From Felis catus (taxonomy: Eukaryota), in NCBI RefSeq assembly GCF_018350175.1, contig NC_058383.1, positions 21,702,001 to 21,766,000 of the forward strand: 64,000 bases of DNA. Direction: 5' to 3'. This document shows positions 13,641 through 25,599 of this stretch, one piece after another. The stretch's first letter is position 1. The number at the start of each line of letters is the position of its first letter. The notes beneath the pieces were generated by a model. The model was not told where the DNA came from. It saw only the letters and a program-made list of their open reading frames with translations, and searched no databases. The position numbers and the translations under genes were made by a program.

Positions 13641-16020
13641 GCTCTGGAAGTATTGTATGTACCTGTGTCTCTGCCTCCTCAGAGATATTTTCGAATTTTT
13701 CAAGGCAAAGAACCATGCCTCTGGTAACAGACGATACGACACGATCTAAAGCCTGACAGCTCCTTCAATTACTACTGGTGTGGCCTCCTGAAAGTTCCTT
13801 AACCTTTGTCTCAGAGCAGGAATATTCCTGTAAAACAGGACCACTGGCACCCACCTCACACAGTGACCCAGGGATCAGAGGAGTCCACGTAAAGTCTTGA
13901 GAAGAGTGTGCCAGGCAGAGTACGCATTCAGTACATTAAGCTACTTCTCTTCTCCTCCCAGGTGCCTAGCCTTGCGTTTGGAACACAGAAGATGCCGAAG
14001 ACATGTTTGCTAAAGGAATACAGGATAATGCCTGGATTTCCTAGGGAGAGCACAAAGGCCTCCAGACAGACACACTCTCCTTATATGGGAAAGAGGAAGC
14101 ACAGAGATGGAGTTGACAGAAAGCATTTGCCCGCCTAATCGCACCTCTCCCCCCTCGGAACACTTTTAACCTTCAAGCAACACTACCCTCTCACGGTCCT
14201 TAGTATACGCTGCCTTGTAACCTCCTTGATACTCGTCCTTCCTTTTCGATCTTCAAGCATGGCAGGAGATGGTGGCCTGACCTCTACATCATCTGCCTTG
14301 TATTAGTTACTTGTGCACATATTACAGTCTTCCTACCGGATTGAACAAGCTCTCTGTTGCCAAGTGTCACATTGGACTCCTTTCTGTACAACCCAAGGGG
14401 CCTAACACACCTTAGCAACTGGCTGGCCCGAACCCCTTGTTTTACAGATTACATAGAGAGGCTAAGTGATTTGCCAAGAGTCAAGGTCACACTACAAGTG
14501 GCAGAGCCGGGATTCAAACTCTGATACATAGCTCATACAGAGACTCTCAGTTCTATCCAACTAGAATAGCGTATGAAAATTATACCCACAGTAGAGGCAA
14601 TTTTTAATTAAGCCCCAGAAAACCTCCATAGAAATTATACTGATAGAGTTACCTGACAAAGCAAAAAGGGAAGGAGAAAGAGACTCCAATCTCCCTTCTG
14701 CTGCTGAAAATTCAACCTGTTTTCTTTCATGGTTTCATATCTTAACATTTTTTTTTAAAGGTTTTGACAACAAAACTTGTTACATGTCCGAAGGACAGAT
14801 ATTTAGTCAGAGTTGTCAGGCTTAATTTCCTTTAACCAGTCTCCATAATTATAACAGAAGATCTCTTATTTGGTAAGCCAATGATGCCCACCCTCACCAA
14901 CTGAAAAGATTTTTTAATGATCACCTTAACAGACTAATTATCTATAAAACTCAAAAGACCAGCAATTTGGAATGAGTTTATGTGGTGAAAAATATTCACA
15001 TGATTTGAATTCCGTGTTATTAACCTCACCATAACGTAAACCTAAAACTTACAGTCGTCAAGGACAAACTCCATTAAGACCTGAGACAGGAGAAATTTTA
15101 CTTTACTCTGGCCAAGTGAAAAAGAAAGCTGCTCACTGATAAGGTTAATCTAGAAGTTTCTCTGAGTCTCTCAATAGGATTCAAAAGAAAATGGCAAAAA
15201 AAAAAAAAAAAAAAAAAAGACTGAGGAAATGGATGTGAAAAGGAGTTAAATACAGTGCAATGCTCTGATGCTTTAAGCGATTATGGCTCAATAAAGCTAA
15301 ACATTTCCATAAAGGCAACGTTTAAAAAAACAAAAAATCCCTTTGTGGTGATGATTTAAGTTACCAGTGCAACAGCACTCAGGCCCAATAGAAATGATAA
15401 CCACGCATTGGGAACAAATTTTTAATTATTCCACCAGCTGATAAAAAGAGCACACACCGAACACAGACACAAACCTAGTTTCAAAAGAAAACAAAACGCA
15501 GTTTATGCTTGTTCAAGTTCAAGGGCAAAACTGTTTCCAGTGCAACAGAATCCGCCTGACTATAATGTGTTGGAGGAAAAAAAAAAAAATGCGAACATAG
15601 TATCTTCTTATAAAGGCAACAATTTGAGTTACAAAGTAATAACGGGGAAGCCAAAACAGTTTGACAGCCCGCCATAAGGGCCGCCTCAATCATGAGTCAC
15701 ACAATGCCTGCAACCATTTACAATAGTAATTAATGCACAAGTCCCCTAATTAAATTCTAAAAGGGTGAGAATGCTTTAACTAAGTTTACAAGAATTGCTT
15801 TTCGCTGTTTTTTTTTCTCTCCCAAAGAAAAGAACACACGCGTAATTACGCATCTCCCCGCAATCCCTCCATCCAGTATTCCCTCCGGCCTCTTCTCCCG
15901 TCTGCCTATTCCCTGCGTGCGAAAGAAAATGACACGGGGGAACTTCTAAACCCAGAAAGGGCGAACCAGAGTGCAAATACACGATTAATGGGGCGACAGA
16001 CGGAAGCTCGCCCATCTTAC

Positions 16021-16068
16021 CTGCTAAGATTCCTTTCTACGTCTTTGGTAGCTTTAGCTTCCAATTCT
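16021..16068 (-). CDS. TNRC6A: TNRC6A coding exon 2 (48 nt)
   Basis: tttctcttgcag|AGAATTGGAAGCTAAAGCTACCAAAGACGTAGAAAGGAATCTTAGCAG|gtaaga encodes (R)ELEAKATKDVERNLS(R), with canonical splice sites. Confidence 0.96.
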
Positions 16069-16369
16069 CTGCAAGAGAAAAGAAAAGGGGGAGGAGGGGA
16101 GAGAGAGAGGGAGAGAGAGATGCGCGTGAAAACGGAGCTGCTGCGGCAGAGGCTCGCGCCGGGGCGGATGGGGGAGGGGAGGGGAGCCCGGGGGTGCTCA
16201 CAAAGCTGCGGGGCTGCAGCCCGGACTGCGGGCGGGCTGCGCGGGCGAGCCGCAGCCCCCGGCCCGGCCCCAGCTGCGCGGCGCGGCCCCTCGGGCCTCC
16301 CGCCCGGCCTCCGCAGCGGCGCCCTCGCGGCGCCCCCCTCCCGGTCGAGGCCCGAGGTCTCGGGGACGC

Positions 16370-16371
<2 letters not shown>

Positions 16372-16401
<30 letters not shown>
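16372..16401 (+). repeat. (GCC)10 in TNRC6A intron 1
   Basis: Read directly from the sequence. Confidence 0.95.
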
Positions 16402-16405
<4 letters not shown>

Positions 16406-16470
16406 GTCGCGGGCCCTGCGGCAGCGCCCCAGGCTCCTCCCGCCCGAAGGGAGGCCCCCGCCCTGCTCAC

Positions 16471-16475
16471 CTCAT
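16471..16475 (-). CDS. TNRC6A: TNRC6A coding exon 1 (ATG AG), followed by donor GTGAGC
   Basis: Minus strand reads ...TTTACACAC ATG AG|gtgagcagg. Spliced to exon 2 it gives MRELEAKATKDVERNLS(R), which I recognise as the N-terminus of the long (TNGW1) TNRC6A isoform. Confidence 0.95.
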
Positions 16476-16526
16476 GTGTGTAAAGTGCACGAGCAAGTGG
16501 GGCGCGGCGAGTGAGGCTCGCGAGCC

Positions 16527-16580
16527 TCAAGCCCTCCGCAGCGCCGCGGGGAGAGGCCCGAGCCGCTGCACCAGCGCCAT
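16527..16580 (-). other. Upstream ORF in the probable TNRC6A 5'UTR (MALVQRLGPLPAALRRA*)
   Basis: AAA ATG G context, 17 codons, TGA at 16529-16527, ~50 nt before the main ATG. It is a uORF only if transcription starts upstream of 16580. Confidence 0.6.
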
Positions 16581-16598
16581 TTTCTACACCGACCCGCT

Positions 16599-16625
16599 GC
16601 CGCCGCCGCCGCCACCGCCGCCGCC
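16599..16625 (+). repeat. Interrupted (GCC)5 ACC (GCC)3 near the TSS/5'UTR
   Basis: Read directly from the sequence. Confidence 0.9.
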
Positions 16626-19099
16626 GCAGGCCCCAGACCGGAAGTGAATGCCCCGCTCGGCAACCCCTTCCGGGGGCGCCGCGGCCGCCGGCCTCAAGAT
16701 GGAGGTCCTAGCAACTAACCCCGCTGACGGGACGGGCCCTTGGCAACCGCCCGGGCGCGGCTCGCGGCCGGCGGCCCGGACCTCCCTGAGGGAGTTCACT
16801 GCCTCCTAGGCGCCCCGCACAGAGGCTGGGGAGCCCGCCGAGCCCCGGGCCCAGCCTCTTTCGCCGCTGCCGGCTGCGATCCGACTGGAGTCCCGCCCCT
16901 CCTCCTCCTCCTTCTTTGCTGCGACACAAGTTTCCTTCCCTGCCGCCCGGCCCCTCCCCCACCGAAACACACCAAAAAAAAAAAAAAAAAAAAAATCCTA
17001 AATCGCAAATTCTACCCCTGCCGCAGCAAGATGACCCCGCGCGGCTTCTGAAATCCGCCACTTGTAATTATTTTTGACCTTGGGCCAGTTATTTAACCTC
17101 TGTGCTCCTCTGCTTCCTCCTCAGGTGAAGAATGCATACCTGAGGTGGGCTAGGAGGTTTAAAAGCGATTTTTATCCACCGAGTTTTGCAGACCGTTTGA
17201 CTCAGCAATTCCACGGGCACGGATTTCTGTTCCGAAAATAATCCTGGATAGCTACAAATATTTTCACCGTCAAGATGTTAAGTGCCGGCATGGACGATGG
17301 TGAAAAACCGTGAACGGCCAAAATGTCCAACACTCTAAGGTGGCTTTAAAAACTGAGCTACTGCAAAAATGATGGGGAGGAAGGACGACGGCGAGGGGAA
17401 GGTGGTTACAATAGAATAAGTGAAGAAGCGGGTTCCAAACTCACTCACACCGCAGGAAGCATGTAAATACAATACGCTCCATTCGTGCAGTAAAGTAAAA
17501 ATATATACCCAAGTGTCGATGGGAGATTGCTGCTTACCTACAGGTAGATACAGCCAAGTACCTACACGTAGATGCAATAAAATACATGTATGTGTTCGTG
17601 TGTGTATGTGTATATTCTTTCCATCCCCTCAAAACGCTTTTCTTCCCCCTCATCAAAACCGATTCCTCCTCTCTGTGCTTAAAATCCACTCCCTCCTTCG
17701 CAGAAACCTCACTCTAAGGATCATCCCGTTTCCCTCTTTCTAAACTAGGTCTTTCTTTGCACTGCCTTTAAAACATGCCCCCATCTCTCCCATTAAAAAG
17801 AAACCAAACCTCCCTTGACTGCCTGCCCAGTTCCTCTCCTCTCTGAGGCAGATGTGTAATAAGTTAATGAATGAATGCATGCATGCACAAAAAGTCCTAA
17901 AACATGAGCGCCAAAACGTTAGCTGATGATATGAGGATTTTAAATTTCTTCTTTTCACGTATACGGCTTTTTTTGTTTTGTTTCATTTTTGTTTCATTTT
18001 TATACAACGAGCATGTTAAAACACACACACAATTTTAAAAATCAGGTTTACAAAATGTAAAAGTAGAGGCCATCAAATAAACCCTAAGTGATTTTTTTCC
18101 CCCTGCCATTAAGTCCATACAAACGCATATTTGCTTTGGTTTCCTTTTAGGGTCCTTTCTACTTAAAATGTTAAAAAATTATATTACATCATTTCTTTAG
18201 GAGTTAAAAAATATGAACATGTATTTATAGCACAGTATGTTTTCATACGAGGTTTATGAATAATTTTCCATCACAGCATAACGCCATGAAGACAACAGTA
18301 TTTATTGACATTTACACAGCTGATTTTTTTAAAAAATCCTTTCTAGTCCTCCCCCAAATTGCTCTTATGCGTGTCACAATTGACCTTGAAACTGCCAAAC
18401 TCAATGTGACATTTCTCGCCTTGTCTTGACTTAGGTCTTAGCTGTATTTCCACAACTGGCCACTCCTACTGAGTCTCTTCTACCGGCTGTCTTGGCAACC
18501 CATTCTCCCAAATTTCTTTTTACCTCTCTGGCAATTCCTTTTTTTGTACCCTGTGCCAGCATCTCCTGCTTTATACCAAATAAATGTCGGGATCCCCAAG
18601 GCTCTGTTCCAAACCTCCTTCTCTCTCACTCTTTCTCCCTCCCTCTCTGTCTCTTTCTCTCTCCACTTTCGCCTTGGGATGGGCGATCTCATTGACTCTC
18701 TTATACTTAAATACTGTTCAAATGCAGACTTTCAAATTCATGTATTTAGCCCATATCTCACCTGTATACACCAGAATGCCAAAACGACAGATCACCCATG
18801 CAACCAATATTTATTGAGCACCTACTGTGTGCTAGATACCGTGTTAGGGCCTGGTTCCCTGCCATTTGTGAGGAACTACTTTGGTGGATGAAGTCTAATG
18901 GGACAGATTTCTTTTTTTTTTTTTAACCAAACTATATATAATTACAAACGATGACAAACACACAGAAGGAAACGAAGGTGTTCCAAGAAAGTGTAAAACG
19001 AAGGAACGTAACGTAGATTATGTGGTCAAAGAAGGTTTCTTTGAAAATGTGAAGCTTCACCAGAAAGCGGAAAGCTGAGGAGAGGCAAACCAGGACCCA

Positions 19100-20054
19100 G
19101 GGAACAGCAGAGGAAAGGTCTCAGGCTGGAGGTTTATATCTGCGAGTCCTTGTTGTGGATGGAAATAGGCTCTGTATTGCATTTGCCTTTGAATCCACTG
19201 GAGCCGCCATTTTTATTTTACTTTGCATAATCAATTCAGAACAAAACCAGAAACGAGGTCTGGTATGCAGTGACGGGTTTCATCACCACTGCTCATTGAA
19301 GTAAGCAAATGCCATTCCTACAACAAGCATACTTTCTAATTAAATGAATATTAGAATATTTTGTGTGGCGCATTGTTGAAGATGACAGTTTGAGAATTTG
19401 TACAGAACATGAAACACCTTTCCAACAATAACTTTTTTTTTAATGAAAAAGCTTGGGAAAAACACGTAACTGTGTCAGGAAACTTCTCGCTTCTTCTTGC
19501 TGTGTATAATATGAAACAGAATCTGTACCGATTTAAAAACTTTCGGGGCGCCTGGGTGGCTCAGTCGGTTAAGCGTCCGACTTCAGCTCAGGTCACGATC
19601 TCGCGGTCCGTGAGTTCGAGCCCCACGTCGGACTCTGGGCTGATGGCTCAGAGCCTGGAGCCTGCTTCTGATTCTGTGTCTCCCTCTCTCTCTGCCCGTC
19701 CCCCGTTCATGCTCTGACTCTCTCTGTCCCAAAAATAAATAAACGTTAAAAAAATTTTTTTTAATTAAAAAAAAATAAATAAAAACTTTCTGAAAATTTT
19801 ATGTTTAAGTAATCTCTACCCCCAATGTGGGGCTCGAACTCACCACCCTGAGATTAAGGGTTGCATGCTCTACCAACTGAAACAGCCAGGTGCTCCTGAA
19901 TTTAAATTTAAATAAGACCTTTTCTTCATTTGTCTTTCTTCCTTGGGTTCTTGTTTCTTTGGTTTCTGAGGTTACCAGAACATATATGTTCTTCAACCCT
20001 TTCTTCTTCTCACTGGGAAGAGTGAATGACTAGCCTGACTTGGGAAACCACGTA
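19100..20054 (-). pseudogene. Ghost exon(s) interrupted by two SINEs
   Basis: Acceptor ttttctttcaag|. After SINE removal, ~107 stop-free codons in AT-rich DNA (SFTLPSEKKKGLKNIYVLVTSETKETR...KFRKFLNRYRFCF...NNAPHKIF*), with the same frame resuming as EWHLLTSMSSGDETRHCIPD... from 19317. Confidence 0.5.
19545..19897. mobile_element. Young felid SINE (+, 19545-19790, TSD taaaaactttc) and short Can-SINE (-, 19803-19897)
   Basis: Near-consensus sequence with TSDs. Confidence 0.92.
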
Positions 20055-20169
20055 CTTGAAAGAAAATGATTTTTTTTTTCCTCCCAAGGCTTTTTTTTTT
20101 TTTTTAAACCAAATGTCATCCTGATATATCTATATATGTATTTTTTAGGCAAAGCTGACTCAAAACATT

Positions 20170-20389
20170 TAAAAAAATTTTTTTAGTGTTTTCATTATTT
20201 GTTTTTGAGACAGAGACAGACAGAGCGTGAGCAGGGGAAGGGTGGAGAGAGAGGGAGACACAGAATCTGAAGCAGGTTTCAGGCTCTGAGCTGTCAGCAC
20301 AGAGCCCGACATTGGGCTCAAACTTACAAACACAACGTGAGTTCCAACATCGACGCGACCCTTAACTGACTGAGCCACCCAGGGGCCCC
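20170..20389 (-). mobile_element. Can-SINE
   Basis: Reverse consensus with an aberrant internal segment. Confidence 0.88.
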
Positions 20390-20866
20390 AAAACGTTTTT
20401 AAATTTAGAAAATTTTCCACAATAATGTATAGATGGAATTTAAAGGCATGAACATGAAGAAGATTTCCCAGAGAGAGTGTATTTATTTTATTTAACTAAA
20501 ATTTATTTGGTGCTTAATACGTGCCAGTCATGCATTGGTCTAAGTGCTTGACAAATATTAACTAAACACTCATGGTTTTCCTCACATACCCCTCGAGGTA
20601 GGAAAGTGCTCCCCATTTTACAGATGAGGATAATTAACTTGTCCAAAGTCACAATAATTGTAGTAGTAAAACCAAGCAATTTGGCTCCTGAGCCCAGGTC
20701 GCTAACCGCTACATTGTGGTCTCGTTTATCTCAACCATTTTAGACTCTACAGGCCCTTTTGCTAACAAATATTTTGTAACACCACCCTTTACTCTCCCCA
20801 AATGATAACCATAGATAATATAACCTACCTAGCACATCATTTCAAAAGAGGTATGCAATGACTGAT

Positions 20867-21547
20867 TCAAAGGAAAAATAAGAGAAAGGCACGCATCATA
20901 AAATAAACTATCTTTGCCTGGGTGAGGGCTTGGGAATAGTGTCCGCTGGAAACCTCAGGAAAGTAGGCAGAAGCTGGCCACTGCAGGTCGAATCCCCATG
21001 ACAAATGCAGGCTGACCCAGCAGTGTCCCACCGATGACGCACACACCAAGATCGGTAGTGATGTTGGAGACAAATTTTTATCCGGAATACAGCACAACTC
21101 TCAGTCAGGTTCCGAACGACCAGACAATAATTCTCCTTCAACCGACGTGGTAATTGCATTCCCAGAACTTTTCGGGTACATTAAAACTGAAAAAAGTAAG
21201 GCATTGGGTCCTCTGGTGATTAGAAACAGGCCGTTCACTTGTGTGAGTGCCTGCCGAGCGAGAGAGGGAATTTTCCACTTTGTGGGACCAGCCAGCACCC
21301 ACGGCTCCTAGCCACTGAATCTCCCATCCACTGAGGAACGGGGGTGGAGAACCATTTCTTGAGAACCTTTGCTACGGAGTGAGAAGATCGTGGCCAGAAT
21401 GAGGCCTGAGGAGGTTTGATACTCCAGCCAGAGAGGAGGAAAATGGGGTAAAGGTACTATAATGGGGCCAAGTACATTAGACTGATGAGTCTCAGACTCA
21501 CGTCCTCCTCTGCCTCCTTCCCCCACCGCACACAAACATGTCTCCAA
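20867..21547 (-). pseudogene. Ghost coding segment: three consecutive same-frame ORFs (227 codons, 2 internal stops)
   Basis: ORF-track entries 21308-21547, 21101-21298 and 20867-21097 are in one frame. A strong internal acceptor (cttacttttttcag) lies at ~21186. Confidence 0.5.
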
Positions 21548-21779
21548 GGGGACAGCTTTCCTCAGGTCAGTAGTAACTGACTGTTACTGTTCAGCTCACT
21601 GAACCTGCCCAGCCAGAAACCCAAGAATCCGTCTTGACTTTTCCCTCCCCCCCATCCAATGCATCAGTAGGTTATTTGGTCTCCAAACGTCTTTCTTATT
21701 CGTCCCTTCCTCTGTTTCTCCACCGCCATCTCCAGCACACCCCCTAAAACTCCACAAATTCTTCCCTTCCTCCCTCTTT

Positions 21780-22062
21780 TATTTTTTGCTTGTGGTATTG
21801 TTTAAATAAAACAAATGCACCCATGTGAAGTGCAAAATGCAATGAGTTTGACAAATAAATACACTCGTGTAACCACTACCGCAGTCAACATGTAGAAGAT
21901 GTCAAACACCCCAGAATATTCCCTTGTGCCCCTTCTCAGTCACTCATCTGCTCCCCCCCAACACACACACACCTGACACCAGGAAGCTGCTACATTTCTG
22001 ACTTACATCCCCATAAATTAGGATTTTCTGTTCTAGAACCTTATATAAATGGAGTCATACAC

Positions 22063-22121
<59 letters not shown>

Positions 22122-22460
22122 TTTGTGCCTGGCTTCTCTTGCTCAATGTCTGTGAGAGTCATTGATGTTGTTGCAAGCATCAGAAGTGAATTTTTGTTAC
22201 TGAAAAGTATTCCATTGAATGGATGCACAGCTTGTTCACCATCTTCTGTTGATTGACGTTTGGGTTATTTCCAGCCTGGGGTTATTATGAATAAAGCTGC
22301 TAAGAACATTCTTGTGCATGTCTTTTCTGGTGGACTGTAGACATATGTTTTTATTTCTCTTGGATAAATAACGAGGAACACAATTGCTGAAGCATAGGAT
22401 ACGTGTATGTTTAACTACGTGAGAAACTCTAGAATGTTCCTAAAATGGTTCCACCAGGTT
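21780..22460 (-). mobile_element. Old L1 3' end containing (TA)n at ~22063-22119
   Basis: gggttatttccag...tatgaataaagctgct...aacattcttgtgcatgtctt. Confidence 0.8.
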
Positions 22461-22677
22461 GTACTTCCAATCCTGGGAAGGGATCCCACCGCCCCACGTG
22501 CTGGGCAGCACTGCACGTGTTCACTCCTTGCCTCTTGAGATCATTCTCCATGTAGCATCCTTAGCGATCTTCTCTTAAAATGAAAACTTAATCATCTTAT
22601 TCTCCAGCTTCAAATCATTTAAAGACTTTCCAAGGCTCTTGACTCAATGCCTAACATCTTTAACATGGTCTACGGTT

Positions 22678-22723
22678 TCTTCTTCTTCTTCTTCTTCTTC
22701 TTCTTCTTCTTCTTCTTCTTCTT
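22678..22723 (+). repeat. (TTC)n microsatellite next to a SINE tail
   Basis: Read directly from the sequence. Confidence 0.95.
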
Positions 22724-22730
22724 CCTCTGC

Positions 22731-22753
22731 TTTTTTTAATGCTTATTTTTGAG

Positions 22754-22798
<45 letters not shown>

Positions 22799-25100
22799 AA
22801 GCAAGGGAGGGGCAGAGAGAGAGACACAGAATCTGAAACTGGCTCCAGGCTCTGAGCTGTCAGCACAGAGCCTGATGCGGGGCTCGAACTCGCAAACTGT
22901 GAGATCATGACCTGAGCTGAAGTCAGCCGCTTAACCGACTGAGCCACTCAGACGCTCCAATGGTGTTTTCTTAATGGGATCTCTGGTCATTCCCCTTGCT
23001 CATAAATCCAGATAACCCAAGGGCCTTCCTTTCACTTTTGAAAAGGTGCCCAGCTCCTCGACCCGGCCTGTTGCTAACCATGTACTGGCTCTCAATCCCC
23101 GTGGAACTTCCTCAGGAAGGACTTTCTGACCACCACCTGTTAGTTGTCCCAATTACATATTCTAAAGGCAGTCTCTACCTCTTTGTAGCATTATCAAATT
23201 TGTGATGGAATATTTTTGCCATTATTTATTCAATATTTGATTCTCCAGATTCTTTGTAAGTTCCAGGAGAGAAAGGACCAGGTTCCTTGCTCTCATTTTT
23301 AGCATCTATCACAATGCCTAGTATATATTCGGCTCTTAGTAATATTTACTAAGTGAAGGAATCATTTTTCTAAAGCAACCTTTTTTTTTTTTAAGTTTAT
23401 TTTGAGAGAGAGAGAGAGCGCGCGCGCGCGCAGGGCACGGGCAGAGAGAGAGGGAGGCAGAGACTCTCAAGCAGGCTCCGTGCTGTCAGCTGGGAGCCCG
23501 ATGCAGGGCTGGAACCACAAACCATGAGATCATGACCTGAGCTGAAATCACGAGTTGGATGTTTAACAGACTGAGCCACCTGGGCGCCCCAGGAATGATT
23601 TTTCCATGCATTGTTCACCTTTCTCTATTCAAATATCCACAATGCCATCAAAATGATCTTTCAACAAGCAAATCTGGTCAGGTATTGCTGCTGCTTAAAA
23701 TTCTCTCTATTCTATAGGATACTATCTGAAACTCCTTGCCGAGCATAAAAGGCCCTTCAAGAATTCTTACCAACCAAACCTTCCCAGTTTCTGAGAATTC
23801 TTTTTTTTTCCCCCATGTTTATTTTTGAGAGATGGAGAGAGACAGAGTGTGAATGGGGGAAGGGCAGAGAGAGAGGGAGACACAGAATCCGAAGCAGGCT
23901 CCAGGCGCTGAGCAGACAACACAGAGCCTGACACGGGGCTCAAACTCACGAACCAGGAGATCATGACCGGGTTGGTTGGTTAAGCCGAGCTTAACCTACT
24001 GAGCCACCCAGGTGCCCTTCTGAGAATTCTTATTCTGTGTTCCAGTGATACTGAATCGTTGCTACTCTCTCGTTTTGTCAATGCTTCTACGACTTAAACA
24101 TCTTATTTCTTCTGAATGGAACACTTCTATTATGTCCACCTAACAAACTCCTATTTCAAAGCCCAGTTCAAATGTTTTGACAAGCCTTCCCTGGGATTCT
24201 CTGGACCTCATAACAACGTAGATGGGATTCGAGTTCCAATGCTAACTTAGACTTCACTGACTCTTGTCCCCTCCTATTCAGGTGGAAACCCAGCTCCCTG
24301 GAAAGACCCCCTTGAGCATTTGTGGCTGTAATTTCACATGTGCTCATGAGTTAGCTCATTTTATCCCAACACTGCTGGCATGTAAGGCCCTGTAGAGTGG
24401 GGACCTGACAGTTGAGTTCAGTGTTATATTCCCCAGTACCTACAGCCTTGCCTACGAGGCATTAAACATTGAATTAATACTTGTTGAATGATGAAGAATG
24501 AATGTCGTTTTTCTTCCAAGGAGTTCCATAATGTGTGCCAAGGAGCATCATTGTTCTCCCAAGTACTTGCTTGTTACCCTCTTGACTGCCAGCAAGAGCT
24601 AGATTCACCTAGACATATGCTTGGCTTCTGATTGGCTGGGTTTTGCTTTACCTTAAAGATGCAAATAACATTCATTCTATAATGCGTTCCTTTGCCATCA
24701 GGTACCTTCACTATTGTGTCGAGAATAAAGTGAACGCTTCTGCTCCTTACTGGGTTCCTCAGACATTCACTGTTAAAATAATCAGTTATTGGTGCACCTG
24801 GCTGGCTCAGTGGGTAACACACATGACTCTTTATCTCAGGGTTGTGAGTTTGAGCTCCACGCTGGGTGTAGAGATTACTTAAAAATAAAATCTCCAGGGG
24901 CGCGTGGGTGGCTCAGTCAGTTAAGTGTCTGACTTTGGCTCAGGTCATGATCTCACAGTTTGTGAGTTTCAGCCCCGCATCCTGCTGTCTGCTGTCAGGA
25001 CAGGAACCTGCTTCAGATCCTCTCTCCCGCTCCCTCTTTGCCCTTCCCCTGCTCGCTCTCTCTCTCTCTCTCTCTCTCAAAAATAAAAAAAAAACCTTTC
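22731..25100. mobile_element. Can-SINEs at ~22731-22958(-), 23381-23590(-), 23801-24018(-), 24790-24890(+), 24897-25100(+), among L2/MIR remnants
   Basis: Consensus heads and tails. Confidence 0.85.
24578..24769 (-). pseudogene. Ghost exons 24769-24751 (19 nt) and 24651-24578 (VKQNPANQKPSICLGESSSCWQSR)
   Basis: ttttaacag|...CCA|gtaagg, a 99-nt intron, then ctttaag|...GAGG|gtaaca; phases are compatible. Confidence 0.45.
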
Positions 25101-25599
25101 AAAAAATAATAATCAATTGTTATTTCCTTATTTTTTGTGTGAATGGACCAAGTGATAATGGCACCCTGCTTTTCCTTGAGGGCCAATCACCTTCATTGTC
25201 AGTCCGTCACCTTCATTGTCAGTCCGTTCATTTTGGTGGAGAAATGCCACACCAAGCATTTCCATATTTAAAAAGGTTTATATTCACTGACCAAACTTAG
25301 GATAATTTTAACATTAAAATAAACAATGACAGTAAGGGATTATAATCCACTCAATAAAATAGGAAACTATCTGTATAGACACAAATGTATTGCATTCATT
25401 CATTCATTTATCCAATGTTTGATGAGGAACAAGGACTTCTGCTTCCAACTGAGACAGAACAAACAAAGCTATATTTACCCTTCCTCCTGAAACAACTGAA
25501 AATACACACAAAATTTATAAGACAACAGTTTTCAAGATGTTGAAAATCAAGTAATGGAAGACAGTAATCCCTGATAAGAAAAAAAAAAAAATGGAAACA

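Larger units (their letters stand above)
1..16020 (-). other. TNRC6A: TNRC6A intron 2 (exon 3 appears to lie beyond position 1)
   Basis: Lies downstream of the exon-2 donor. I did not find the expected next exon (DLVQEEEQLMEEKKK...) in the window. Confidence 0.85.
16120..17060. promoter_or_regulatory. TNRC6A: CpG island / TNRC6A promoter and 5'UTR
   Basis: Very GC- and CpG-rich. Contains ETS/GABP-type CCGGAAGTG (~16638), YY1-type AAAATGGCG on the minus strand (~16575-16583), GC boxes and GCC repeats. Confidence 0.93.

Noticed and set aside
15988..17061. Long ORFs across the CpG island (e.g. 219 aa on +)
   Set aside because: Expected by-product of GC-rich, stop-poor DNA. Low-complexity A/G/P/R translations; the true coding parts are the two short TNRC6A exons.
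22660..22947. ORF ending in poly-arginine
   Set aside because: Translation of a SINE plus the (TTC)n microsatellite.
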